Source of the DNA: Octopus sinensis
Lineage: Eukaryota
Assembly (NCBI RefSeq): GCF_006345805.1
Contig: NC_042998.1
Coordinates: forward strand, 79,422,001 to 79,486,000
Reading direction: 5' to 3'
DNA length: 64,000 bases
Shown here in pieces: positions 52,671 through 64,000 of the stretch; the first letter of the stretch is position 1; every line of letters starts with the position of its first letter. The notes under the pieces are model-generated. The model was not told the DNA's origin, searched no databases, and saw only the letters and a program-made list of their open reading frames with translations. Made by a program: the position numbers and the translations under genes.

Positions 52671-53505
52671 ATAACAATGATGATGAGGAGGAAACTACAA
52701 ATACTAATTTCTTAAAGTAGTATGTAATGTGACCTACATGGTTGCTCAGTACATAATGAAACAAAGTCAAACAGAAGAGTTCCAATAACACAAGGATACA
52801 TGAAACCATGACTTTTCCTTGTTCTACTTTGGTAGGTGAACAGATATTAAGTACCTATCCTCATAGGATTAGCCTGTCTAGTGACCAGGAATATTATTAT
52901 GTTCCACTTTTATATTTAGGAAAGAGTGGAAGGAAATGAAAACTTGGAAAGAAAGGTCATAATTGATCTGCAGTGACTCTTGTGATGAAATAGCAGCTTT
53001 GCAGGATTTGAATGAGGGTGAATTTATGGTAAAGGTTCAAAGATAATTTGCAACACAGCAGCATCTTGTTTATAGGAGTTAGTGAAGCTACTACCTTCAC
53101 CGAAGTATACAAACTTTGCACTGTATGTCTGACTTCTGCTTATACTATGCAGTACCTATTTACACATATTTGTGGATTAGGTTGTCTTTGTTAGGATACA
53201 ACAAAGTTGAGAGTGATTGGATAACAAATTGTTGAGTTTCAAGTTAATAGGCCAACACCTACTTCATATGGACCCACCTGAACTGGTAGCAGTGGGTTCA
53301 AATTTTGTATTTTCAAGTTGCACTGATCAGAATTGGGTCACAGATTATTTTTAAAATGCTTGACTGCTAAGCTAAAAGTTAATAACGAACTATCCCCTCA
53401 AGCAAAAAAACAGCTGTACAGATACTTTAATTTTCCTCATTTAACTTTGCTAGGGAAAGTAGACAATACAAATTACAGACACAAATAAAAAAACACATGA
53501 CTTAC

Positions 53506-53676
53506 CGGGAGTAAATGGCCCTAAACGTGGTCGAAAGTAGTCCCACCATGCTGAATTAGTGGAGGTTAACATAAGTGTTTTCTGAGAGAGAGATGGAAAA
53601 CCAATCTGTTTAGCTGCCAGCAAGTGTGGCTGCAGGGTTTTAGGATACAAAGCTCTATTGTTACATGTCAACCCAG
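53506..53676 (-). CDS. SDHD: SDHD exon encoding the mitochondrial presequence region
   Basis: acceptor tttttcag, donor gtaagt; 171 bp phase 1-1; GLTCNNRALYPKTLQPHLLAAKQIGFPSLSQKTLMLTSTNSAWWDYFRPRLGPFTP; basic, almost no acidic residues, in frame with the next exon. Confidence 0.8.
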
Positions 53677-54649
53677 CTGAAAAATATTAAAACAAAAATA
53701 AAAGATTTTATGATTTAGCATAAATGAAAAAAGATTAATGCATCTCTGTTAAAATTGCTGTGAATTCAAACTCATTCAAAAGATACAGGTATGTCAAATA
53801 TATATATATATAGCTTTCATCTGTATGCACAAGTAGCAGATATAAAAATTAAGATTAATGAAGATAGACTGGTTTGTAACACCTACTGGAGAAAGTAAGT
53901 AAATATGAATACATCTTGTTATTTTCTTTATACATAGAAAATTGAGGAGATTGCCCTGAAACTTTCATGGCAAGCTGGTCACTCTTCGGAGGATAAGAAC
54001 TCCATAGCCTCCTATGAAGACAACTTGGCAACAAATATTATTTAAAAATCAGGAGAAAAATACTCAGCACAAATAAAATAAATAAAATGCTCATAAAGAC
54101 ATGTTATGATGCCACAGTATCATAGCATGATCTTAGAAAGAATCTTCGTTACTGTAGTGATTCCTACCTCATTCCTGCAAGTAACAAAAGTAATAGAAGT
54201 CATGATGTGCATACTTTTCCTAAAGGTATCACAAAACATGTCAAGTGTTATAAATAATAATGAAGTTACACTTGCTACAATTCCTGAATTTAACACCCAC
54301 TACTCCACAATACTTGCCACACTGAGTATTGTAAGAGCCACCAGAGATAATATATGTCAAGTGCTGACATTCAGGTTTTTCCCAAAGTGCATAAGCAATG
54401 TAAATAAGTATTATCTTAAATCAAGATTTTAATGTCACACCATAGGCCCCACTAATAACATTTGTTTTAATAGTAATAGTCCATATATCTGACCCCAGTA
54501 TATTACTGGTAAGCAATGGTTATTCATGTAGGGTTTCAACTCAACCACAGGATATCATGCCACAAAAAACATGCAGTATAATTCATTAAACTCTGATCTA
54601 GTCATATTGCCTTCAATGGCAATTTATCATATTAGCCCAAAGCTACAAT

Positions 54650-54960
54650 TCATAAGGATTTTGATCAGTTTAACTGACCTCAGTGAGATTTGAACTCAGA
54701 ATGTGAAGAGCTGAGAAATAACGGTTACAAATTTTGGTACAAGGCCAGCAATTTTAGAGGCAGTATAAGTTGATTACATCAACCCCAGTGTTCAACTAGT
54801 GCTTATTTCATTTTATCAACCCTGACAGGATGAAAGGCAAAGTCAACCTCGATGGAATTTGAACTCAGAATAAAGAGACAAAATGTCACTGAACAATGAA
54901 AGAAATAACAAAAGGTATTTTTGTCTGACACTCTAACCATTCTACAAATCCACCATCATA
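54650..54960 (-). mobile_element. SINE family A (partial plus full copy)
   Basis: consensus similarity. Confidence 0.75.
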
Positions 54961-55269
54961 ATAGAAAAATAACGACCTGAAATATAAACGTCAGAGAATT
55001 TGGAATTACAGTAAAATTGTCATTATCCCAATTGTAATAGTTATCATAGAAGCAGATACAAATAAGTTTAGGTGGTTGGTTGAAGATGTTGAATGCCTAG
55101 GTGTATTTCTTGACTCTACAGAAAGCTTGTTTGCTTGGAACTGAGAAATGTAAGAAAAGGGCTAGATCCTAAAGCTGCAGAATGCAATTCTGCAATTCAA
55201 TACCAGAACAACAATGAAATGAATAAATGAAAAGAATAACAATGATTTCATTTACATAACAATGATTTA

Positions 55270-55900
55270 ACAATGAGCACAAGGCTTGTAATTTTGTTGG
55301 GGATAGGGCTAGTCAATTTCACTGACCCCAAAAGGATGAAAGGCAAAGTTGATCCTGGCATTTGAACTCACAATGTAAATACAGACAAAATGCCAGTAAG
55401 CATTTTGTCCAGAATGCTAACATTTCCACCAGCTCACTACCTTAATAATAATAATCCTTTCTACTAAAGGTACAAGGCCTGAAATTTGGAAGATGGAGAT
55501 AGTTGATTGCATCAACCCCAGTATTTCACTGCTACTTAATTTATCAACCCAGAAAGGATGGAGGCAAAGTCAGCCTCAACAGAACTTGAACTCAGAAAGT
55601 AGTGACGGGCAAAATACCACTAAGCATTACATCCAGCGTAATAAAGATTCTAACAGCTTGCAGCCTTAATAATAATAATAATATCTAAATTAGGTACAAT
55701 GCCTGAAATTTTAGAGAAAAGGGATTTAGTTAATATTATCAACCCCAGTACTTGACTGCTACTTTATTTTATTGACTCCAGATGGATGAAAGGCAAAGCT
55801 GACCTTAAGAGAATTTGAACTTAGAATGTAAAGAACCAGAACAAATGTTACAAGGTATTTTGTTCATTGCTCTAACAATTCTGATAATCCACCATAATAA
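55270..55900 (-). mobile_element. three head-to-tail CpG-decayed SINE family A copies
   Basis: consensus similarity. Confidence 0.8.
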
Positions 55901-55967
55901 TAATAATAATAAAAATAATATTTATTATTATTATTATTATTATTAATATTATTATAATAATAATAAT

Positions 55968-56500
55968 AAAGGCCCTGGTGCAGTACCAGGCACTGGCTCT
56001 CATAGCTTCTGATCTTAACTGATTGGAAGTGTTATGTACATGTTTTGTCTTGGTGTAAAAGATGGGCTACAGTAAATATTCTGCTCAATACCACAGATTT
56101 GCTTGTCAGTTGTTTGCCTTAACCAGTTGAACATGTCCTTTGGTAGCTCGTGATATGTGCATCTCTGATCAAGAGCAAAAGTAGTGGGGGAGCATCATAG
56201 CTATGTGTTGAGAGGAATTCTTTGGGGTTTGAATAATTCACCTCTGGAAACATGGGGGTTTTGTCCAACATCCTTAAACAACCATTATTCAAGGACCTTT
56301 TGAGCAGGATGGGCTACTTGAAGAAAATTCTAACTGGGCCCCCACCTGTAAGGTCATGCGCTTTTTATCTTGACATGAGATCACCATGCTGAGTACATAT
56401 GGTTATGATGCATGTGCCTGATGTACCCTTACCAGATGGAGTAGTCATGATGAGTATATTGGGCTTCCCAGTGACACAGTGATGGCATGCACTGCTCTCT
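55968..56500. mobile_element. unclassified interspersed repeat
   Basis: begins at a (TAA)n tract; no ORF; classification not possible by eye. Confidence 0.35.
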
Positions 56501-58050
56501 CACTCAATTTTCTAATTTTAGCACAAATTAGCAGGATTTTTTTTTGGGGGGGGGGGGTAGTCAATTACATTGATCCCCAGAACTTGACTGATACTTTATT
56601 TATCAACCTCAGAGGGATGAAAGGTAAAGTCGATTTCAGTTGGATTTGAACTCAGAATGTAAAGTACCAGAAAAAATACACTAAGTATTTTGTCTGACAA
56701 TTATGTTTCTACCAGGTAGTCACAAACCTACAGAGAAAAAGAGCAAAAAAGATTAAATTAACTCCAATTCTTGAGTGATACTAATATACCAATGCCAGAA
56801 AGGTAAAAGTTAGCCCCAACAAGATTTGAACTCATTCTACTAAATTTGCTATCTACCACCTTTATGAAGATATTGCAACTATTATTATTATCATTAATAA
56901 GGCGGCAAGCTAGCAGAATCATAACTGCATCAGACAAAATGCTCAGTGGCATTTACTTCCGGCTGCTTACATTCTGAATCCAAATTCAGAATGATGCAAC
57001 ACCCCACCCCAAAAAAACATTGCTGGTCTTGTGCCAAAATTTTATACTATTAAGACGGCAAGCTGGCGGAATCGTTTGCACGCAGGGCGACATGCTTAGT
57101 GGAATTTCGTCTGCCTTTACATTCTCAGTTCAAATTCTGCCAAGATCGACTTTGCCTTTCACCCTTTCAGGGTCGATAAATTAAGTACCAGTTGCATTTT
57201 GGGGGTTGATCTAATCGACTGGTCTCCTCCCCAAAAATTTCAGTCCTTGTGTCTAGAGTAAAAAAAAAAAAAATTTAATTTAAACTATCGTTATAGTTGT
57301 TAGTGTTATTATTATTATTAATTTCCACTTGGTTTGTTCTTTTCACATTGCCAGTATGTTTACAGCAGTTAATAAACCCACTCAACTTTCCTCTACAACA
57401 TAAACAATAAGCAATGCAGTGTAAAGTCATTGACCTCTTGTCTGCACACCTATATAGAATTTTTCACAAGGCAAACTGTTTATTACTTTATAAATAGATT
57501 GCTATACAAATATTTCAATGAGCCAATGAGAAAGCCTTTACATGGTCATCAAATTTCAAGAAATAGCAGCCAAATCTCCCTCAAATCAAACTGCCCTATC
57601 TCTAAAACAAAAAAAAAGTACATTAGATAATGCAGTCCTGTACATATTGAGTATAAAACAGTTAAATGAGAAAAAAAAATCAATTCAGAACCAATGTGCT
57701 GAGGATCATATCTAAACATTTGACAAGACATTGATATGTCCACAGTCTGCTCAACCAGAGCTGAACTAAGAGTTGAATAACAATTTGACTTTCCATTTAT
57801 TCTTTTTTTTATTATTAATTGATAATACCTATTTCTTTATTACCCACAATGGGCTAAACATAGAGGGGATAAACAAGGACAGACAAACAGATTAAGTCAA
57901 TTACATCGACCCCAGTGCGTAACTGGTACTTAATTTATCGACCCCGAAAGGATAAAAGGCAAAGTCAACCTCGGCAGAATTTGAACTCACAACGTAACAA
58001 CAGACAAAATACCGCTAAGCATCTCACCCGGTGTGCTAACGTTTCTGCCA
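56500..58050. mobile_element. SINE family A cluster in both orientations (minus 56500-56830, plus 56900-57270, minus 57860-58050)
   Basis: consensus similarity. Confidence 0.8.
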
Positions 58051-58983
58051 GTGATAATACCATCCTTGTCATCATCATAGATCTGCTTCTTTCTTTTTTT
58101 TTCCACATGGGTTAGATCACCATTGTCCAAGTCAATTCTCATTTGGATTTACTGGCCTCCTAGAGTTGTCAGAGAACTACATCTCACTTGTACATTCCCT
58201 TTTGCCTTGGTTTCTACAGCTGGATCTCCTAAAACAAACCACTTCACTGAGTATATTAGGTGCATTTTATCATGGCATCAACACTAGAGAGGTTGTCACT
58301 TTCTCATCAAAACATGAGGGTTTTTTCAACCCCTTGTCCCCACCCATTCATCAACCACTTAACTGAAGTATTCTAGGTACATTTTATAATGACACTAGAA
58401 CTATAGAAATTTTTTTGTGCCCATGACGCTAAATAATTCTCACTACTCAAATAGTATGTCCAATCATAATAGAAAATATTTATTACATTTCATTAGGATA
58501 AGTGGTGTTGGTACTTCTGGTACATTCCTCAGCTTAATCCATTTGATACCAACCTGCTTGAGACCACCCAATTCTAAGGTACAAACTTAATGTTTTAAAG
58601 TGATCTAAAGTAAAATCTTCCATCAAAATTTTGCGTCAATTTATATTCCATATACCCACTTTAATAATGAGAAAGTTATTTTATTAAATTTTTTGTTATT
58701 TTCAAAATTTAAAGGAAACAAAGGCAGTGTATTTCAACAAAAATATAGTAACAAGAGGCTTTATAGTTTTATAGGAATGTATATTCTATTGCTTAGCTGA
58801 AACCTAGCTGAGGCTGATTTCTCTTTAATCTTTCAAGAATGAATGAAATTCCACTCATATATTTGGAGTTGATTCACCTTATTTCAGCACTATAATCTTT
58901 ACAAAACTGATTTTATGACTAGTCAAGAAGGTCAGAGACCTAAAGCAAGACAAAGATCTATATTAATGTGTCAGTACACAATA

Positions 58984-59405
58984 GGTGGATCTTTTCGGTT
59001 TGAACAGCAGTTTTTAACATAATTTCTAGGTAACTAAAAAAATTTTAACTTTGTATACTGGTAGAATGTGTTTATAAAACATCTTTTTCTCTTGGCTTTA
59101 TTGAGAAAATTCTATAGTTTGTAAGATATTTGTTGTTTTTTTTCTTCAATTTCTGCAATTTCAACCAATCAATGATGTCCATTGAGGTAAAAAAAACATT
59201 CTGTGCCATATGAATATGTCCCTCGTTTAAGAAACAGATTGGGTTTATTTACATTTGTGAAGAAAGAAAGGTACCCTTCCCCCCAGTCCTAACCAACCCT
59301 AAAACAGATTGAAATGCAATAGATCGATACTAGGGTCATAATTATGGGTGACAATTTCATATGACACCGCTAGAAAAAACTGCCAATCAAACCGAAAAAA
59401 ATCCC
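58984..59405. mobile_element. TIR non-autonomous DNA transposon
   Basis: ggatcttttcggtttgaacagcagttttt versus aaaaactgccaatcaaaccgaaaaaaatccc. Confidence 0.75.
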
Positions 59406-60182
59406 AATAGATTTATATAGTCACAGTCTTATGTCCACCTGATGGGGTGAATCTCCAGTACAGATGCCACTTTTTTTGTGACCACATGACAGCCTAGTTT
59501 GAACAGATTTCTGATTGAAAGAATTCTAATAATGACCATCCAGTCTTTCTTAGATATAAACGTATCTAGGACTACCTTAACTAATATATCGTTCCTTCCT
59601 TCCTTTTTTTTTAAGATAGTAGAGTATGATATGAAAGAGATTTAACAACTAATTTTAATAAGTCAAGCAACCAATTAGAGGCTCCTTCATAGGGTTGGCA
59701 CATCAACTTATGAATGTTTATAATGTGTGTGTGTGTGTGTGTTGTGTGTGTGTAGTGAAATTTTAGCATATGTGCTGTATCAATGTCATGTAACAATCAT
59801 AGATAATCTTGATATTTATTAACCAAAAGAATTAGATAGACTGAGCAATGAGAACTGTACTACCAAAATACAATGAAATATCTGTTACTCCAAAACTATA
59901 TCTGTTCCTTGTAAGATGAGAAGTTTGGATGAAAAAAGGCACTACACTATCTGCTAAGAGAACACAGATTCACATATGCTTACAGGTTTTGTTGTGTCAA
60001 GGCAGAAGATTTTACTCTACATTGTATAGCTATCAAAAATAGATACCAGACCATATGATGTTATTACCTGTCATAGGCTGACCCATCTTGTTCAGAAGGA
60101 CAATTATCTCTCATCCACTTATTGTCATGAAACAAATGGTAAGCACTACGGAGGCTTTTAGGCAATTATATTTAGGTTTATA

Positions 60183-60393
60183 CAAGGGGACACAGAAAAG
60201 TTCCTGGCTTTGGTAGGTAAAAGAAAATACAGTTAATCAGTTAATTATTTTATTCAACATATTACTCTCTTAGATTCACACACTTAATGCAGCAGTCCTG
60301 CAAAAGCCCTGCAAAAAAAATTGGAAGGTTGGGCCTCCAACCAGGCTTTTTGTGATACTCTTAAAGCCAGGAACTTTTCAATCTCTCCCCTCG
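60183..60393. mobile_element. mariner-derived MITE
   Basis: TA|caagggg..gaaaagttcctggcttt / aaagccaggaacttttca..cccctcg|TA; interior matches the mariner 3' ends at 14765 and 17075. Confidence 0.8.
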
Positions 60394-60629
60394 TATGTAG
60401 GGGGAGAGGAAGCCGAGAAAAGATAAAACTAGTAGTTGTAGAATGTAGAAAGACTAACTTTCACTATCAGTTACACTGCTAACTTAATTAACTAGCTTCA
60501 GTGGACCGAGATAAAATAAGTACAGAAAATTCAAATAAGTACTCAGAGCTATTTTTGATCACTCTTAAATACCATCTAAAACAAATAACAAAAACAATTA
60601 CAAGACATGGCTTAAACTATTCTTTTCTA

Positions 60630-60835
60630 CTCTAGGGACAAGGTCCGAAATTTGCGGGGAGAGGGCCAGTTGATTAGATCGACACCAGTATGCAACTGGT
60701 ACTTAATTTATCAACCTTGAAAGGATGAAAGGCAAAGTCAACCTCAGCAGAATTTGAACTCAGAATGTAAAGACAGATGAAATACCGCTAAGCATTTCAT
60801 CCAGCATACAAATGTTCCTGCCAGCTTGCTGCTTT
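60630..60835 (-). mobile_element. SINE family A
   Basis: consensus similarity. Confidence 0.85.
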
Positions 60836-61394
60836 ATAGCTTAAACTATATTAATCTACTTATGGTCAACTACCACTGCATTACCATCACAATAATCCTT
60901 TCTCTTGCTCCCCACATGTTACTTTGCATAAAACTTGGCCATCATCTAAATTATAAAGTGTGTCTGGGTCTACATGTGTATGCATGCAGTGCAAAAAAGA
61001 AGACAGATTATAAGAGCTGGTGTGTAATCAATCTAAGTATTAGTTGAATATTTGGCTGTTAATTTGAGCAAATCAAGTGATTATACAGGAAAGCACATGC
61101 TTCATAACTTCATAAAGCTGAAATTAGTTTTACAGTGAACAAATAAAAAACAACTTCAACAGGAATTAGATCAGCCACTTTATAATTTATAACAGAGACA
61201 GATGTCATAGAGTAAGAGGAGCCTCTTAAGTCTTGCCAGGAGATGACCTTTCAAGGGTAACAAAGATGGCTCGTTTTCTTTGTTGCTGTGAGTGCCAGAT
61301 GACAAACAACTATAGCAAAAAGTGGGTGGAACACTGAAAACTCACCTACCTCACATGAAAATCCCCATCTCCAGACATAAAATTTTATTTGTAT

Positions 61395-61630
61395 ATACGA
61401 GGGGAAGTCAAAAATTATCCGCACTTTCACCATAACATATCTTTACTATGATCACACTGCCTTCTGCGCATGCATGCTTATAGTTGGTACTATTGTGGTC
61501 ACATGATTGAAGTTTGAGCCTGATTGCACCATTTTTCTTACTGGCTTTACAGTGTAAAGCATAGCCACTCCATAAGCAAGGTGCACCAAAGAACAAAGAC
61601 CAGTGATCCGAAGCAGCACTGGCATCATCC
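61395..61630 (+). mobile_element. mariner 5' end fragment
   Basis: TA-cgaggggaagtcaaaaattatccgcac TIR-like start; CTKEQRPVIR resembles a mariner N-terminus. Confidence 0.55.
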
Positions 61631-61744
61631 ACATTTACAATTTCCGTTTGATTGTGATCTGATTAGATTTTACTTGACTCAATAGGTCTCCTCAAGCACG
61701 GAATGTCATCCAGCGATTCAAAAGTACTTTTTAAATAGGCTGGT

Positions 61745-62490
61745 TATGTGACGGCTGTGATTTCACTTTACTTGCCAGCTCTTCTCAATTACAGCATATC
61801 TCCAGCGGCCTCTGTCTTTCGTCACTGCTTCTGTGAAGCCCAATGTTCGAAGGTCATGCTTCATCACCTCATCCCATGTCTTCCTGGGTCTCCCTCTACC
61901 ATGAGTTCCTTCCACTGTTAGGGAGTGACACTTCTTCACATAGCTCTCCTCATCCATATGCAGCACATGACCACACCAGCACAGTCATCTCTTGCACACC
62001 ACATCTGATGCTTCTTATGTCCAGCATTTTTCTCAAGGCACTTACACTCTGTCATGTGTGCACACTGACATTATACATCCAGCAGATAATGCTAGCTTCA
62101 TTTCTTTTAAGCCTATGTATGTCCTCTGCAGTCACAGCCCATGTTTCACTGCCGTGTAGTATGGCAGTTTGCATACATGCATCATACAATCTACCTTTCA
62201 CTCTGAGTGAGAGGCCCTTTGTCATCAGTAAAGGTTGGAGCTTTCTGAACTTTGCCCAGCCTATTCTTATTCTAGAGGCAATGCTCTCCAAGCATCCACC
62301 CTCATTACAGACTTGGTCAAGCAGGTAGAGGAAGCTATCAACTACATCTAGTTTCTCCCCCTGGCATATGATGGAATCAGTTTTCTGAGCATCTGTGGTG
62401 TTTATTGCCCCTGTGCATCTGCTGCACACAAAAGCTATCTTCCCAGTTAACCTTCCTTTGATGCTGCTGTACCTCTTATGCATCCCAAGA
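61745..62490 (-). mobile_element. 5'-truncated RTE LINE
   Basis: VVDSFLYL..SRIRIGWAKFRKL..LSLRVKGRLYDAC..LHGSETW; GRGRPRKTWDEV..DRGRWR. Confidence 0.92.
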
Positions 62491-62919
62491 AAAGTGAATG
62501 TTAAAATGACAAGGTTATATATGACCATCATTTTGTTTTTTGCTTCCCGTCTTTCTCCTTCCACACACAACCATGAAGAGAACGTGGCTTACTGATGTGG
62601 TATTGTATGCCTTGATGTCCTTTCTGTCAACTAATCTTATCTGTGCTTCAAGTAATCACAATGAAGGTACTGAGCTACAGGATGTATAAAATGTTTTTTT
62701 TCTCTTTTCTTACTTGTTCTGCTTCAGAGTCAATTCAGTAATATAAGAATCTGTCTTATGTTTTACTTGTGGTGCAGCATTGTGCAACTTGCACTGATGG
62801 AATATAAACTCACAGCTGTTCCCAAAAGGTTGACATGCTATCAACTCAAGTTTCTTGTAACACTTTTATAATGGCAAGATGATAACTATTTTTATCATTT
62901 CGGTTACATTTAGACTGGA

Positions 62920-63120
62920 GGATTAGCAGAATCATTAGAAACAACAGACTGCCTTCCAGTATTTCTTCCCAGTCCTTTACATTCTCAGTTGAAATCCAAA
63001 ATCAACTTTGCTTTTTATCCCTTCCAGGGTCAATAAAAAAAAGTAGCAGTCAAGCACTAGGGTTGATATACTCAACTGTTCTCCTTCCTCCAAATTTCTG
63101 TCCTTGTGCCTATGTTAGAA
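62920..63120 (+). mobile_element. SINE family A, degraded
   Basis: gattagcagaatcattag..actttgctttttatccc..gtcaataaaa. Confidence 0.7.
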
Positions 63121-64000
63121 ATATTATTTAGGTTAAATTAGTAGTAGTGAGAGATCATAAGTGTAGAAGAAAAGCCAGCTATGGTAATTTGCTTTGAGCT
63201 TCTTTACGAAGAATGTGACTCATGTGATGATAATCAACCCAAACTGAAATAGTTACATTAATGTTAACTAGAAAAACAACTAGACACCACTCTACTAATA
63301 CTGGCCTGGTTCTTGTTATTTAGCCCAAAATCAGCCTGGATTAAGCAGACCTATAATTAAATGCATTCCAACCAATTTATTTTTTATTTTTATTTTTTTG
63401 AAGTTTGATATGTGATCCAGAATATGCAATATTAAAGATGTCTCTCTCACACGCGTGCATCCATGTATGCATGCGTGCGTGTGTGATTGAGGATGATTTG
63501 TTTGCGGTTTCAAGCAGGTCAAATAGCCAAAGGCCTCCTTGGCTCATACTGGCCTGCGGTGTTATGAAGTGTCATAGTTATGTAGTTTCCATGACACTTT
63601 CACATCCAATTGGATATGAACAGGTGCATCTATATACATTTCCGATATGGAAATAAACAACACTTGAAATATTATATACAGGCATTTGTGTACATGTATC
63701 TGTACATAACATATTGTAACACTACATGTGGCCAGCAAAAAAAAAAAAATTTACAGCTGTAGCAACAATCATAAAAGTCCATTGGAAATAACTTTCCCAC
63801 ATCTGGTCCTGGTTCCTGACAATAAGCTGAAGCATATTGAATAAAATGCATCAACAGGATACACAACAAAATTTTTGTCCTAAATTTATATGCTGTTCAA
63901 GTACTGAAAATTTTCAGAGACAACTATTAAAAGAAGGAATCTGTGCCAATGTTTGTCTAACAGAATTCTGACACTCTGGAAACAAGTTAAAAACGAATGA

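Noticed and set aside
53938-54045. Plus-strand frame KIEEIALKLSWQAGHSSEDKNSIASYEDNLATNII* with an upstream GTAAGT
   Set aside because: The implied intron is only about 42 bp, phases do not join sensibly and no homology was recognised
54106-54432. 108 aa plus-strand ORF
   Set aside because: Antisense to the SDHD region, no splice context or recognisable domain
63905-63920. In-frame TGA after Cys-Leu suggesting selenocysteine
   Set aside because: Not a known selenoprotein motif, no SECIS identified and the frame is uncertain

Overview
AT-rich, microsatellite-dense eukaryotic DNA whose repeat families point to an octopus or other coleoid cephalopod (inference). One host gene is securely recognisable: SDHD (succinate dehydrogenase cytochrome b small subunit) on the minus strand, with coding exons at 53506-53676, 51371-51530 and 49122-49284; its first exon was not identified. 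Most of the rest is transposon debris: a near-complete Penelope-like element (PLE) with inverted pseudo-LTRs, two further PLE RT fragments, R4/Dong, CR1-like and RTE LINE fragments, mariner fragments, Helitron-type elements, many MITEs and over 25 tRNA-derived SINE copies. The most interesting signal is a set of hammerhead-ribozyme motifs in PLE-derived termini: one has an intact catalytic core (35004-35066, minus strand), and degenerate ones sit in both arms of fold-back elements. Nearly all ORFs in the supplied track are microsatellite artefacts. All alignments and translations were done by eye, so element boundaries are approximate unless a splice site, TSD or terminus is quoted.
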